Shown here: in pieces, positions 1-8,954 of the stretch | Position numbering within the stretch: position 1 is the stretch's first letter | How the letters are laid out: the number at the start of each line of letters is the position of its first letter | NCBI GenBank assembly: GCA_020160955.1 | Contig: JAIUOX010000009.1 | Location: 34-64,033, forward strand | Reading direction: 5' to 3' | Source of the DNA: Pseudomonadota bacterium | GTDB lineage: Bacteria > Pseudomonadota > Alphaproteobacteria > Reyranellales > Reyranellaceae | Length of the DNA stretch: 64,000 nt | Program-made: the position numbers and the translations under genes | The notes under the pieces: generated by a model | What the model was told of the DNA's origin: nothing | Seen by the model: only the letters and a program-made list of their open reading frames with translations | The model's database searches: none

Positions 1-1020
1 GCGCGCCTGGAACTGGGGATCGGCGAAGACGTCTGCGATGTCGTAGATCGGCGAGAAGCCCACTTCGTGACGGGTGAAGGTCTCGCGCAGCTCGGCGAGC
101 GTGAGCCTGCCGATGGCGGCGCCGACGATCTCGTCGAGTTCGCGGTAGTTCTTCACCCGCGCCGGATTGACGGCGAAGCGCGGATCCTCCAGCAGGTGCT
201 TCAGGTCGAGCGCCGCGCACAGCCGGACGAAGATGCTCTGGGTCGAGGCCGCGATCGACGCCCACTTGTCGTCGGCGGTGCGATAGACGTTGCCCGGTGC
301 CGCGTACTGGCTGCGATTGCCCGACCGCGTGCGCACGGCGCCGAGCTGGTCGTACTCGATGGCCAGGAACTCGAGCGTGCGCATCATCGCTTCGGTCGCG
401 GAGCAGTCGATCTCCTGGCCGCGCCGCTCGGGATGGCGTGCGAGATCGTGCAGGGCGGCCAGGATTCCCAGCGCGCCGAACAGGCCCGCGACGGCGTCGG
501 AGATCGGATAGCCGAGATGCAGCGGCCGACCGTCCTCCTCGCCGCAGATCTGCGTGAAACCGCTCATCGCCTCGAAGATGCGTGCGAAGCCCGGGCGCCC
601 GGCATAAGGTCCGTCCTGGCCGAAGCCGGTGACGCGCAGAATAGTGAGGCGCGGATTGAGGCCCTGCAGCCAGGCCCGCGTGATGCCCCAGCCGTCGAGC
701 GTGCCCGGGCGGAAATTCTCCACCAGCACGTCGGCTTCGGCCACCAGCTTCGCAAACAGGTCGCGGCCTTCGGGAATGCGCAGGTCGAGGGTGACGCCCT
801 TCTTGTTGCGGTTGGTGACCTTCCACCACAGCGGCACCCCGTCCTTGTGTGGCGCCAGCGCCCGCAGCGAGTCGCCGACGCCCGGCATCTCGACCTTCAC
901 GATCTCGGCGCCGAAATCGCCCAGCAGGCCGGCCGCGAAGGGGCCGGCCACAACCGTCGAAATGTCGACGATGCGAAGGCCCTTGAGCGGTCCGGCGGGT
1001 TCGGGCTGGTCGGTCTTCAT
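1..1020 (-). CDS. CoA-transferase family III (CaiB/BaiF), 3'-truncated by window edge
   Basis: Manual translation from ATG 1020: MKTDQPEPAGPLKGLRIVDISTVVAGPFAAGLLGDFGAEIVKVE...NRNKKGVTLDL; absent from the ORF track because it runs off the edge. Confidence 0.9.
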   Translation of the reverse strand, partial: MKTDQPEPAGPLKGLRIVDISTVVAGPFAAGLLGDFGAEIVKVEMPGVGDSLRALAPHKDGVPLWWKVTNRNKKGVTLDLRIPEGRDLFAKLVAEADVLVENFRPGTLDGWGITRAWLQGLNPRLTILRVTGFGQDGPYAGRPGFARIFEAMSGFTQICGEEDGRPLHLGYPISDAVAGLFGALGILAALHDLARHPERRGQEIDCSATEAMMRTLEFLAIEYDQLGAVRTRSGNRSQYAAPGNVYRTADDKWASIAASTQSIFVRLCAALDLKHLLEDPRFAVNPARVKNYRELDEIVGAAIGRLTLAELRETFTRHEVGFSPIYDIADVFADPQFQAR

Positions 1021-1151
1021 CGGGCGTTTCCTCGTGGTCGTGGTGGGCCGGTGCGCATGCGGGGCGATCAAGGCAGCTAAACCAGCTTTGCGCGGCAGGG
1101 AAGAAGACAGGCGCGGGCGAAGGCTGGCAGAGTGGTCGCTGGAGGCACCGC

Positions 1152-2603
1152 ATGAGCAACGAACTATGGCGTCTTACCGCAGTCGAGGCCGTTTCGCGCC
1201 TCAGGAAGAAGGAGATTTCGCCCCTCGACCTGGTCGAGGCGTCGGCAAAGCGCATGCAAGAGGTCGAACCTGCGGTCAACGCCATGCCGACCCTGTGCCT
1301 CGACCGCGCGCGCGACCATGCGAAGCGAATCATGGACGGGAAGGTCAACGAAGCCGAGGGTGAAGCGGGCTGGCTGGCCGGGCTTCCGGTGTCGATCAAG
1401 GACCTGACCGACGTCGCGGGGGTGCGCACCACCTACGGCTCGCCGATCTTCGCCGACCACGTGCCGGAAAAGTCGCACCCGCTGGTCGAGCGCATCGAGC
1501 GCAAGGGCGGGCTGGTGATCGCCAAGTCCAACACGCCGGAGTTCGGCGCCGGCGGCTCGACCTTCAACGAGGTGTTCGGGCGCACGCGCAACCCGTGGAA
1601 CACGGCGCTGACCTGCGGCGGCTCGACCGGCGGCGGCGCGGTGTCGCTGGCGACCGGCGAGGCGTGGCTGGCGCACGGCTCCGACCATGGCGGCTCGCTG
1701 CGCCGGCCCGGCACCTACTGCTCGGTGGTCGGGCTCAGGCCGTCGCCCGGCCGCGTCACGCGCGGCACCTCGAACAACCTGTGGTCGCCGCAGTCGGTGC
1801 AGGGGCCGATGGCGCGCAGCGTCGCCGACCTCGCGCTGTTCCTCGACACCATGGCGGGCTTCTGCCCGCACGACCCGATGACCTTCGACGCGCCGGCGGT
1901 GTCGTTCAGCGCCGGCGTGGCGCGGCCGGTGGTGCCCAAGCGCGTCGCCTTCACGGCCGACTACGGCGGCAAGATGAAGCTCGACCGCGAGATCCGCGAG
2001 ATCTGCACGAAGATGGCGCGGCGGTTCGAGGAGCTGGGCTGCATCGTCGAGGAAGCCTCGCCCGACATCGGCGACGCCGACGAGGTGTTCCTCGCGCTGC
2101 GCAGCCAGCAGTTCGTGGTCGACCGCGAGCTGCAGATCGCCCAGTACCGCGACAAGTTCAAGCCGGACATCATCTGGAACACCGAGCGCGGGCTGGCGCA
2201 GACACCGTCGAAGATCGCCTGGGCCGAGCGCGAGCGCGCCGCCCTGTTCCGGCGCATGGTGACGTTCTTCGAGACTTACGACCTGCTCGTCACGCCCGGT
2301 TCGCCGACCGCCGCCTTCGACGTCATGCTGCGCCACCCCGAGACCATCGCCGGGGTGAAGCCCGAGAACTACATGGCCGGCTCGACCGTGAACTCGGTGA
2401 TCACCGTGACCGGCTGCCCGGCGATCGCCGTGCCCTGCGGCTTCGACCAGTTCGGCCGGCCGGTCGGCCTGCAGCTGGTCGGCAAGCCGCGCGGCGAGGC
2501 AGCGCTCCTGCAGGCCGCAGCGCTGTACGAGACCCTGGTCGGCCTGCACAAGCTCCTGCCGATCGACCCGCGCCCGGGCTCGGTGCCGCCGGCGGTCCAA
2601 TAG
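1152..2603 (+). CDS. Amidase signature family protein
   Basis: GLPVSIKDL, GGSTGGGA, GSDHGGSLRRP motifs; GGAGG RBS upstream. Confidence 0.92.
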   Translation: MSNELWRLTAVEAVSRLRKKEISPLDLVEASAKRMQEVEPAVNAMPTLCLDRARDHAKRIMDGKVNEAEGEAGWLAGLPVSIKDLTDVAGVRTTYGSPIFADHVPEKSHPLVERIERKGGLVIAKSNTPEFGAGGSTFNEVFGRTRNPWNTALTCGGSTGGGAVSLATGEAWLAHGSDHGGSLRRPGTYCSVVGLRPSPGRVTRGTSNNLWSPQSVQGPMARSVADLALFLDTMAGFCPHDPMTFDAPAVSFSAGVARPVVPKRVAFTADYGGKMKLDREIREICTKMARRFEELGCIVEEASPDIGDADEVFLALRSQQFVVDRELQIAQYRDKFKPDIIWNTERGLAQTPSKIAWAERERAALFRRMVTFFETYDLLVTPGSPTAAFDVMLRHPETIAGVKPENYMAGSTVNSVITVTGCPAIAVPCGFDQFGRPVGLQLVGKPRGEAALLQAAALYETLVGLHKLLPIDPRPGSVPPAVQ

Positions 2604-2723
2604 CCGTCATCCCGACCGGAGCGCGCAGCGCGGAGCGGAGGGACCTTCTCTCCGCGGCTCGCCGTTTGCTTGGGGAAGCAAGGTCTCTCCGCTCGGGGCT
2701 TCGCCCCTCGGTCGAGATGACGG
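2604..2723. repeat. REP-like palindromic intergenic element
   Basis: Ends CCGTCATC...GATGACGG with internal inverted segments; related to the element at 11831. Confidence 0.75.
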
Positions 2724-2757
2724 TAGGATCGAACGGCCAAATGACCGGAGAATCGCC

Positions 2758-4257
2758 ATGGGCCTGTTGAGCGACGAGGAAAAGGCGAGCCTGCGGCCGG
2801 CGCGGCTGCTGGCCAACCCGACGCCAGTGCCGACCCAGGTCGTGTCGAGCGACGAGTTCATGCCGGCGCCGCAGACCGAGCGGCAGAAGCAGGTCGAGGC
2901 GCGCATGAACGCGCTGGCCGACGCGTACGGCCAGCGCAACGGGTTGAGCCGTCGCCGCTTCTTCCAGACCGCGGCCGGCATGGCCACCGCGTTCGTTGCC
3001 ATGAACGAGGTCTACGGGCCGCTGTACGGCGCGAGCCCGGCCGAGGCGAAGAGTGTCGATCTCGCCCAGGCGCGTGCCGACACGCTCAAGGACCAGTTCA
3101 TCATGGACGTGCACACGCACTTCCTGCGCGACGACACCCGCCTCGAGGGCTTCGTGCGCGGCCGCGAGGCGGTCGGCAAGGCGGGCTGGAACCCCGATCT
3201 CGTCGACAAGCCGCAGACGCTGGACGACCTCAAGTACCCGAACTGGTTCAAGGAGATCTACCTCGACTCCGACACCAAGGTGGCGCTGATCAGCGGCTCG
3301 GCGTCGGAGGACCCGCGCGACTGGTTCCTGACCAACGAGACCAAGGCCGAGACGCGGGCGAAGGTGAACGCCGCTGCTGGCTCGAAGCGCCTGCTGTCGC
3401 ACGCCATCTTCACGCCGGGCTACGACGGCTGGATGGACGAGGTCGACAAGTGCATCGCCACGCTGAAGCCCGACTCGTGGAAGGGCTACACGGTCGGCGA
3501 CAACACCAACAAGGACCTCGCGCGCCATCCCTGGCGCATGGACGACGAGAAGCTGGTCTACCCGTTCTACGAGAAGATCGTGAAGGCGGGCTACAACATC
3601 GTCTGCGTCCACAAGGGCCTGTACCCGGCTTCGGTGACCAAGCGCTGGCCGCACCTCGTGCCCTACGCCTCGGTCGACGACGTGGCGAAGGCGGCGAAGG
3701 ACTGGCCGAACATCCGCTTCGTGATCTACCACGCGGGCTTCCGCTGGACCGGCGCGCCGGGCGCTGCGGCCGAGGGCTATGCCCAGTTCGAGAAGACCGG
3801 CCGCGTCGACTGGACGACCGACCTCGCCGAGATCCCGGGCAAGTACGGCGTCAGCAACGTCTACGCCGACCTCGGCCAGATCTTCGCCCAGACGACGGTG
3901 ACCGAACCGCGCCTGTGCGCCGCCCTGATGGGCCAGCTGGTCAAGGGCATGGGCGCCGACCACGTCGTGTGGGGCACCGACGCGGTGTGGACCGGCGGAC
4001 CGCAGTGGCAGATCGAGGGGCTGCGCCGCCTCGAGATTCCCGAGGACATGCAGAAGAAGCACGGCTTCGCGCCGCTCGGCCCCGCCGACGGGCCGGTCAA
4101 GCGCGCTATCTTCGGCGAGAACTCGGCGAAGATGTACGGCTACCCGGTCAAGAAGGCGGCGTGGCGCGACGACCGGTTCGCCGCGATCAAGACCGACTAC
4201 GAGCAGCGCGGCCGCGACCCGTCGCACCGGCGCTACGGCTTCGTCGCCCCGACCTGA
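2758..4257 (+). CDS. Metal-dependent amidohydrolase (Amidohydro_2-like) with internal twin-arginine motif
   Basis: MDVHTH, VHKG, YHAG, WGTD metal ligands; LSRRRFF near residue 62. Confidence 0.85.
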   Translation: MGLLSDEEKASLRPARLLANPTPVPTQVVSSDEFMPAPQTERQKQVEARMNALADAYGQRNGLSRRRFFQTAAGMATAFVAMNEVYGPLYGASPAEAKSVDLAQARADTLKDQFIMDVHTHFLRDDTRLEGFVRGREAVGKAGWNPDLVDKPQTLDDLKYPNWFKEIYLDSDTKVALISGSASEDPRDWFLTNETKAETRAKVNAAAGSKRLLSHAIFTPGYDGWMDEVDKCIATLKPDSWKGYTVGDNTNKDLARHPWRMDDEKLVYPFYEKIVKAGYNIVCVHKGLYPASVTKRWPHLVPYASVDDVAKAAKDWPNIRFVIYHAGFRWTGAPGAAAEGYAQFEKTGRVDWTTDLAEIPGKYGVSNVYADLGQIFAQTTVTEPRLCAALMGQLVKGMGADHVVWGTDAVWTGGPQWQIEGLRRLEIPEDMQKKHGFAPLGPADGPVKRAIFGENSAKMYGYPVKKAAWRDDRFAAIKTDYEQRGRDPSHRRYGFVAPT

Positions 4258-5027
4258 TGATCCGCTACGGCATCGTCGGCTTCGGTCGCATCGGCCAGCG
4301 TCTCGCGTCGCGCCTGCCCGGCGCGGTCGCGATCCTCGGGCGCCCGGGCGAGCATGCGGCGGCGGCAGGCTCCGCTGCCTGCCGCTCGCTCGACGAGCTG
4401 ATCGACGTGCGGCCCGAGGTGGTGGTCGAGTGCGCCTCGGCCGGCGCGCTGGCCGAGATCGGCCCGGCGGTGCTGGCCGCCGGCATCGACCTCGTGCCGC
4501 TGTCGCTGACCGCGCTGGCCGACCCGGTGATCGAACGCCGGTTGATGGAGGCCGCCGAGGCCGGCCCGGGCCGGATCGAACTGGCGCCGGGCGCGATCGG
4601 CACGCTCGACCTCCTGGCCACCGCGCGCGAGGAGGGGCTGCAGCGCGTCGTCTACCGCCAGCTGAAGTCGCCCGCGATGTGGGCGCTCACGCCCGCGCAG
4701 GCGCTGGCCGATCTCGCGGCGATCCGCGAGCGCACGGTGTTCTTCCGCGGCAGCGTGCGCGAGGTCGCGCGCCTGATGCCCAACAACCTCAACACCTCGG
4801 TCGGCGTGGCGCTGGCGGGCCTCGGCCTCGACGCCACCGAGGCCGAGCTGGTGGCCGACCCGGCGCTCAGCGAGACGGCGCACGAGCTCGAGATCACGGC
4901 GGCGCCCGGCAATGCCACGCTGGCGCTGGGCGGCCGGCAGGTCGCGCCCGACGGCGATCCCGCCGACTACACGACCTTCAGCCTGGTGCGCCTGCTCAAG
5001 CGCCGCGCGGCGCGGGTGAGGACCTGA
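4257..5027 (+). CDS. L-aspartate dehydrogenase-like protein (NadX/DUF108 family)
   Basis: ATG overlaps upstream TGA (TGATG); GIVGFGRIG Rossmann motif, VVECAS, GAIGTLD, PNNLNTS, LVADP. Confidence 0.8.
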   Translation: MIRYGIVGFGRIGQRLASRLPGAVAILGRPGEHAAAAGSAACRSLDELIDVRPEVVVECASAGALAEIGPAVLAAGIDLVPLSLTALADPVIERRLMEAAEAGPGRIELAPGAIGTLDLLATAREEGLQRVVYRQLKSPAMWALTPAQALADLAAIRERTVFFRGSVREVARLMPNNLNTSVGVALAGLGLDATEAELVADPALSETAHELEITAAPGNATLALGGRQVAPDGDPADYTTFSLVRLLKRRAARVRT

Positions 5028-6301
5028 TGACCGACCCGGTAACCTTCCTGCAGGAGCTGGTGCGCGCCCAGAGGGACGGCGAGGCGGCGGTGCAGCGCCT
5101 GGTCGCCGAGGCGGCGCAGGCGCTCGGCTGCTCGGTCGAGACGGTACGCTACCAGCCGGCCGACGTGCCCATGGTGGCCGAGTTCGCCGCGGCGCGGGCG
5201 ATCGACGTCGAGCCGCGCGAAAGCGTGGTGGCGACTTTCCGCGGCATGTCTGGAAATGGGGGCGGTGGCCGCAGCCTGATCCTGTTCGCCCATCCCGACG
5301 GCGAGCCGCTGGCCGGCCTCGACCGCTGGCGGCACGATCCCTTCGCCGGCACGATCGAGGACGGCAAGCTGCATGGCTGGGGCGTCGCCGACGACCTGTC
5401 GGGCGTCGCCCTGATGGTCGAGGGCCTGCGCGCCGCGCTGGCGGCGGGGCATGTCCCGGCCGGCGACGTGATCCTCGCCAGCACGCCCAGCAAGCGCCAT
5501 GCGCGCGGCGTCTCGGCGCTGCTGCACGGCGGCCTCGGCGCCGACGCCGCGGTCTACCTGCATCCCGCCGAGTCCGGCGTCGGCATGCGCGAGATCAAGG
5601 CGTTCGCGGCCGGCCTGCTGGAATTCCGGATCACCGTCGAGGGCCGGCCGCCCGAGACCAACGAGATCAGCCACACGGCCTTTGCCCACACCGCGGTCAA
5701 CCCGCTCGACAAGCTGGTGATCGTGTACCGCGCGCTGCAGGCGCTCGACGCGCGCCGCGCCGCGACGGTCCGGCATCCCTTGCTGCAGGCCGCGATCGGC
5801 CGCTCGACCAACCTGCTGGTCAGCCACCTCGGCGGCGGCAGCGAGGACGTTCATGCCCGGATCGCGCCGCGGGCGGTGCTGGTGGGCTCGCTGTCCTTTC
5901 CGCCGCCGGAGACGCTCGAGGCGGTGCAGGCCGCCATCGTTGCCGCGGTGGCCGAGGCGGCCGCGGGCGATGCCTGGCTGGCCGCGCATCCGCCGCGCGT
6001 CGAATGGGTCTCGGGGGTGAGTGCCGCCGAGACGCCGGTCGAGGCGCCGCTCTACGGCACCGTGGCCGGCGCGATCCGCCGGGTGACGGGGCAGGAGCCG
6101 TCGGTGAACCCGCTGCACACTGCCAGCGACATCCGCAACCCGATCCTGCAGGCCGGCATTCCGACCGTGGGGCTCGGCCCGCTGGGCGGCAACCTGACCC
6201 AGAACGGGCTGACCGACGAGTGGGTCGACGTGACCGATTATCGGCACGCCGTGGCCGTGGTGGCGGCGATCATCACGGAATGGACCGGTGCCGCGAAATA
6301 G
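5027..6301 (+). CDS. M20 metallopeptidase / ArgE-like deacylase
   Basis: TGATG coupling; LILFAHPD, WRHDPF, LHGWGVADDLSG, DEWV. Confidence 0.8.
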   Translation: MTDPVTFLQELVRAQRDGEAAVQRLVAEAAQALGCSVETVRYQPADVPMVAEFAAARAIDVEPRESVVATFRGMSGNGGGGRSLILFAHPDGEPLAGLDRWRHDPFAGTIEDGKLHGWGVADDLSGVALMVEGLRAALAAGHVPAGDVILASTPSKRHARGVSALLHGGLGADAAVYLHPAESGVGMREIKAFAAGLLEFRITVEGRPPETNEISHTAFAHTAVNPLDKLVIVYRALQALDARRAATVRHPLLQAAIGRSTNLLVSHLGGGSEDVHARIAPRAVLVGSLSFPPPETLEAVQAAIVAAVAEAAAGDAWLAAHPPRVEWVSGVSAAETPVEAPLYGTVAGAIRRVTGQEPSVNPLHTASDIRNPILQAGIPTVGLGPLGGNLTQNGLTDEWVDVTDYRHAVAVVAAIITEWTGAAK

Positions 6302-6323
6302 GACTGGCGCCGGGTCGGTGCTT

Positions 6324-6339
6324 CGGCGTCAAATTTGCA
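6324..6339 (+). promoter_or_regulatory. Putative sigma54 (-24/-12) promoter
   Basis: CGGCGTCAAATTTGCA with GG-N10-GC spacing, about 30 bp upstream of ATG 6369. Confidence 0.45.
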
Positions 6340-6368
6340 TCTGAACCGGGGCCAATTGGGGGTCTTCC

Positions 6369-7217
6369 ATGTCCGAGATGAAATTCCGTCGTCGTTCCCT
6401 TCTGAAGGCGGGGGCGTTGGCGCCGCTCGCCGCACTGGCGCCGGGCGCCGTGCTCGCGCAGCCCAAGGTCGCGCCGCCGACCATCGTCAAGGCCGGCACG
6501 CTGATCATGTCTATCAACCCGACCCTGCCGCCGTTGCAGTACGTCGATGAAAAGGGCGAGCTGAAGGGCATGCGGGTCGAGCTGGCCAACGAGTGCTGCA
6601 AGGTGCTGGGCCTGGCGCCCGAGTACATCCGCACCGAGTTCGCCACCATGATCCCCGGCCTCGCGGCCAAGCGCTGGGACATGATCAACACCGGCATCTT
6701 CTGGACCGAGGAGCGGTCCAAGCTGATGTACATGATCCCGGTCGAGCAGGCGGCGATCAGCTTCCTCGCCGCCAAGGGCAACCCCTTGGGCTTCAAGACG
6801 GTCGACGACCTCGCCGGTCGCCGCATCGCCGTCGAGCTGGGCGGCATCGAGGAGCGGCGGACCCGCGAGGTCGCCGAGATGGTCCAGAAGAAGGGCCTCA
6901 AGCCGGTCACCGTGCTGACCTTCAACAACTTCGCCGAGGCCTTCCAGGCGCTGCGCGCCGGCCAGGCCGACGCCGCGACCAGCATCGACGCGACGGCGAT
7001 GTTCATGCAGAACCGCGGCGACTTCACCCGCGCCATCAGCGGCGTCTTCCCGCAGACCGCCTGCTTCGCGGTCGGCAACAAGCCGCTGGCCGACGCCATC
7101 GTCGGCGCGCTGAACGAGCTGATGAAGAACGGCTTCTACGCCAAGCTGCTCGACACCTACGGCGTGCTGAAGATCGACGAGCCGGCCTTTGCCATCAAGG
7201 GCCCGGGCCCGGCGTAG
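6369..7217 (+). CDS. Polar amino-acid ABC transporter substrate-binding protein
   Basis: Tat-like signal FRRRSLLK; SBP family 3 motifs (FATMIPGLAAKRWDM, TEER). Confidence 0.88.
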   Translation: MSEMKFRRRSLLKAGALAPLAALAPGAVLAQPKVAPPTIVKAGTLIMSINPTLPPLQYVDEKGELKGMRVELANECCKVLGLAPEYIRTEFATMIPGLAAKRWDMINTGIFWTEERSKLMYMIPVEQAAISFLAAKGNPLGFKTVDDLAGRRIAVELGGIEERRTREVAEMVQKKGLKPVTVLTFNNFAEAFQALRAGQADAATSIDATAMFMQNRGDFTRAISGVFPQTACFAVGNKPLADAIVGALNELMKNGFYAKLLDTYGVLKIDEPAFAIKGPGPA

Positions 7218-7298
7218 CCAACGCATAGACCGTCATCGTTTCGGGTTCCTCTCACCCGCGAGGGGGAGAGGCTAGGTGAGGGGGCAACCGGTAGCTCT

Positions 7299-8006
7299 AT
7301 GAAAGTCTGGAATTGGGAAGGCTTCTGGAGCTACTTCACCAATCTCTACCTGCTCGAGGGCGCGCTGTGGACGATCGGGCTGACGCTGAGCACGCTGGTG
7401 TTCGGCGGCCTGCTCGGGCTGGTGCTGGCGGTGATGCGGCTCAGCAAGCACAAGGCGCTGTCGCGCACCGCCCAGACCTACATCTGGATCTTTCGCGGCA
7501 CGCCGCTGCTGGTCCAGCTGATCATTATCTACACCGGGCTGCCGCAACTCGGCCTCGTGCGCTTCACGGTGCTCGAATCGGCGGTGCTGGGCCTGGCGCT
7601 GAACGAGGCGGCGTACCTGTCGGAGATCCTGCGCGGCGGCATCCTGTCGGTCGCCAAGGGCCAGACCGAGGCGGCACGCGCGCTGGGGCTGCGGCCGTTC
7701 CAGATCTTCCGGCTGGTCGTGCTGCCGCAGGCGCTGCGCGTCATCATCCCGCCGCTCGGCAACTCGGTGAACGGCCTCCTGAAGACGACCTCGATCGCCT
7801 CGGTGATCTCGATGGAAGAGGTGCTGCGGCGCGGCCAGATCCTGATGCAGCAGAAGTTCCAGGTGCTGGAGGTGTTCTGCGTGGTGGCCATCATCTACCT
7901 GGCGATGACCACCTGCTGGGACTTCGTGCAGCGCCGCATCGAGGCCTACTACGGCCGGGCCTACGGCGCCGCTGCCGACAAGCAGCTGGCGCGCGACGAC
8001 CACTAA
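7299..8006 (+). CDS. Amino-acid ABC transporter permease
   Basis: FRGTPLLVQL; EAA loop GQTEAARALGL. Confidence 0.92.
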   Translation: MKVWNWEGFWSYFTNLYLLEGALWTIGLTLSTLVFGGLLGLVLAVMRLSKHKALSRTAQTYIWIFRGTPLLVQLIIIYTGLPQLGLVRFTVLESAVLGLALNEAAYLSEILRGGILSVAKGQTEAARALGLRPFQIFRLVVLPQALRVIIPPLGNSVNGLLKTTSIASVISMEEVLRRGQILMQQKFQVLEVFCVVAIIYLAMTTCWDFVQRRIEAYYGRAYGAAADKQLARDDH

Positions 8007-8010
8007 GGTG

Positions 8011-8919
8011 CTAGGCGCTGGCGCGCTGCTTCGCGTCGGGCAGCACGCCCATCTCCTGCAGCACCTTGCGCAGGGCGGGGCGCTGGGCCTCGGGCAGCGG
8101 CAGGCGCGGGGCGCGCGGCGGGCCCATGTCCATGCCCATCATCTCGAAGCACGCCTTGGTGCCCGAGACGTAGCGCGGCCCGCCGACCCACCACAGCAGC
8201 GGCGTCATCTTCATGTAGAGCGCCAGCGCGGCATCCATGTCGCGCTTGTCGGCGACCAGCTCGAACAGCTGCGCCGACCAGCGCGGGATCACGTTGGAGC
8301 ACACCGCGACCCAGCCCTCGGCGCCCAGCCAGAACGACTCGTAGCCCAGCACGCCGGCGAACACCGTCATCTTGTCGCCGGCCAGCCGGATGATGTCGCG
8401 CACGCGCGTCGGGTCGAGGGTCGATTCCTTGACGTAGGAGCAGTTCGGGATCTGGGCGATGCGCGCGATCAGCTCCGGCATCATGTCGACGTTGGCGGTC
8501 GCCGGGTTGTTGTAGACCATGATCGGCAGCGAGATCGCGTCCGCCACCTTCTTGTAGTGGGTGTAGAGTTCGTCGTCGGTCGGCACGCTGTAGAAGGGCG
8601 GGATGATCATCACGCCGTCGGCGCCCATCGACTCGGCCTCGCGGCTGGTGCGGATCACCTCGTCGGTCCACTCGGCGCCGGTGCCGATCAGCACCGGCAC
8701 GCGGCCGGCCGCCTGCTTGACCACGATCTCGACGATCTGGCGCCGCTCGTCCGGCGTGACGCTCAGGAACTCGCCGGTGCTGCCCAGCGGGATCAGGCCG
8801 TGGATGCCCTCGGCGATCTGGAAATCGACCAGCCGCCGGAGCGCTGCCTCGTCGACCTTCTTGCCGTCGGCGGTGAAGGGGGTGATCAGGACCGTGTAGG
8901 TGCCGCGAAACTTCTTCAT
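8011..8919 (-). CDS. Dihydrodipicolinate synthase (DapA)-like class I aldolase/deaminase
   Basis: ITPF, GSTGE, IMVYNNP, Schiff-base Lys in YVKES. Confidence 0.9.
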   Translation of the reverse strand: MKKFRGTYTVLITPFTADGKKVDEAALRRLVDFQIAEGIHGLIPLGSTGEFLSVTPDERRQIVEIVVKQAAGRVPVLIGTGAEWTDEVIRTSREAESMGADGVMIIPPFYSVPTDDELYTHYKKVADAISLPIMVYNNPATANVDMMPELIARIAQIPNCSYVKESTLDPTRVRDIIRLAGDKMTVFAGVLGYESFWLGAEGWVAVCSNVIPRWSAQLFELVADKRDMDAALALYMKMTPLLWWVGGPRYVSGTKACFEMMGMDMGPPRAPRLPLPEAQRPALRKVLQEMGVLPDAKQRASA

Positions 8920-8954
8920 GTCGTACCTCTGCCCGCCATTGTAGACATTTTGTC

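Noticed and set aside
67-1080. 337-aa plus-strand ORF
   Set aside because: Antisense shadow of the minus-strand CoA-transferase
1124-1140. Sigma54-like TGGCAGAGTGGTCGCT before the amidase
   Set aside because: Mismatch in the -12 box, and the predicted TSS would fall downstream of the RBS
8011-8919. Assigning the symbol dapA (lysine biosynthesis)
   Set aside because: Catabolic context and GSTGE/IIPPFYS variants suggest a paralogue; substrate cannot be determined from sequence
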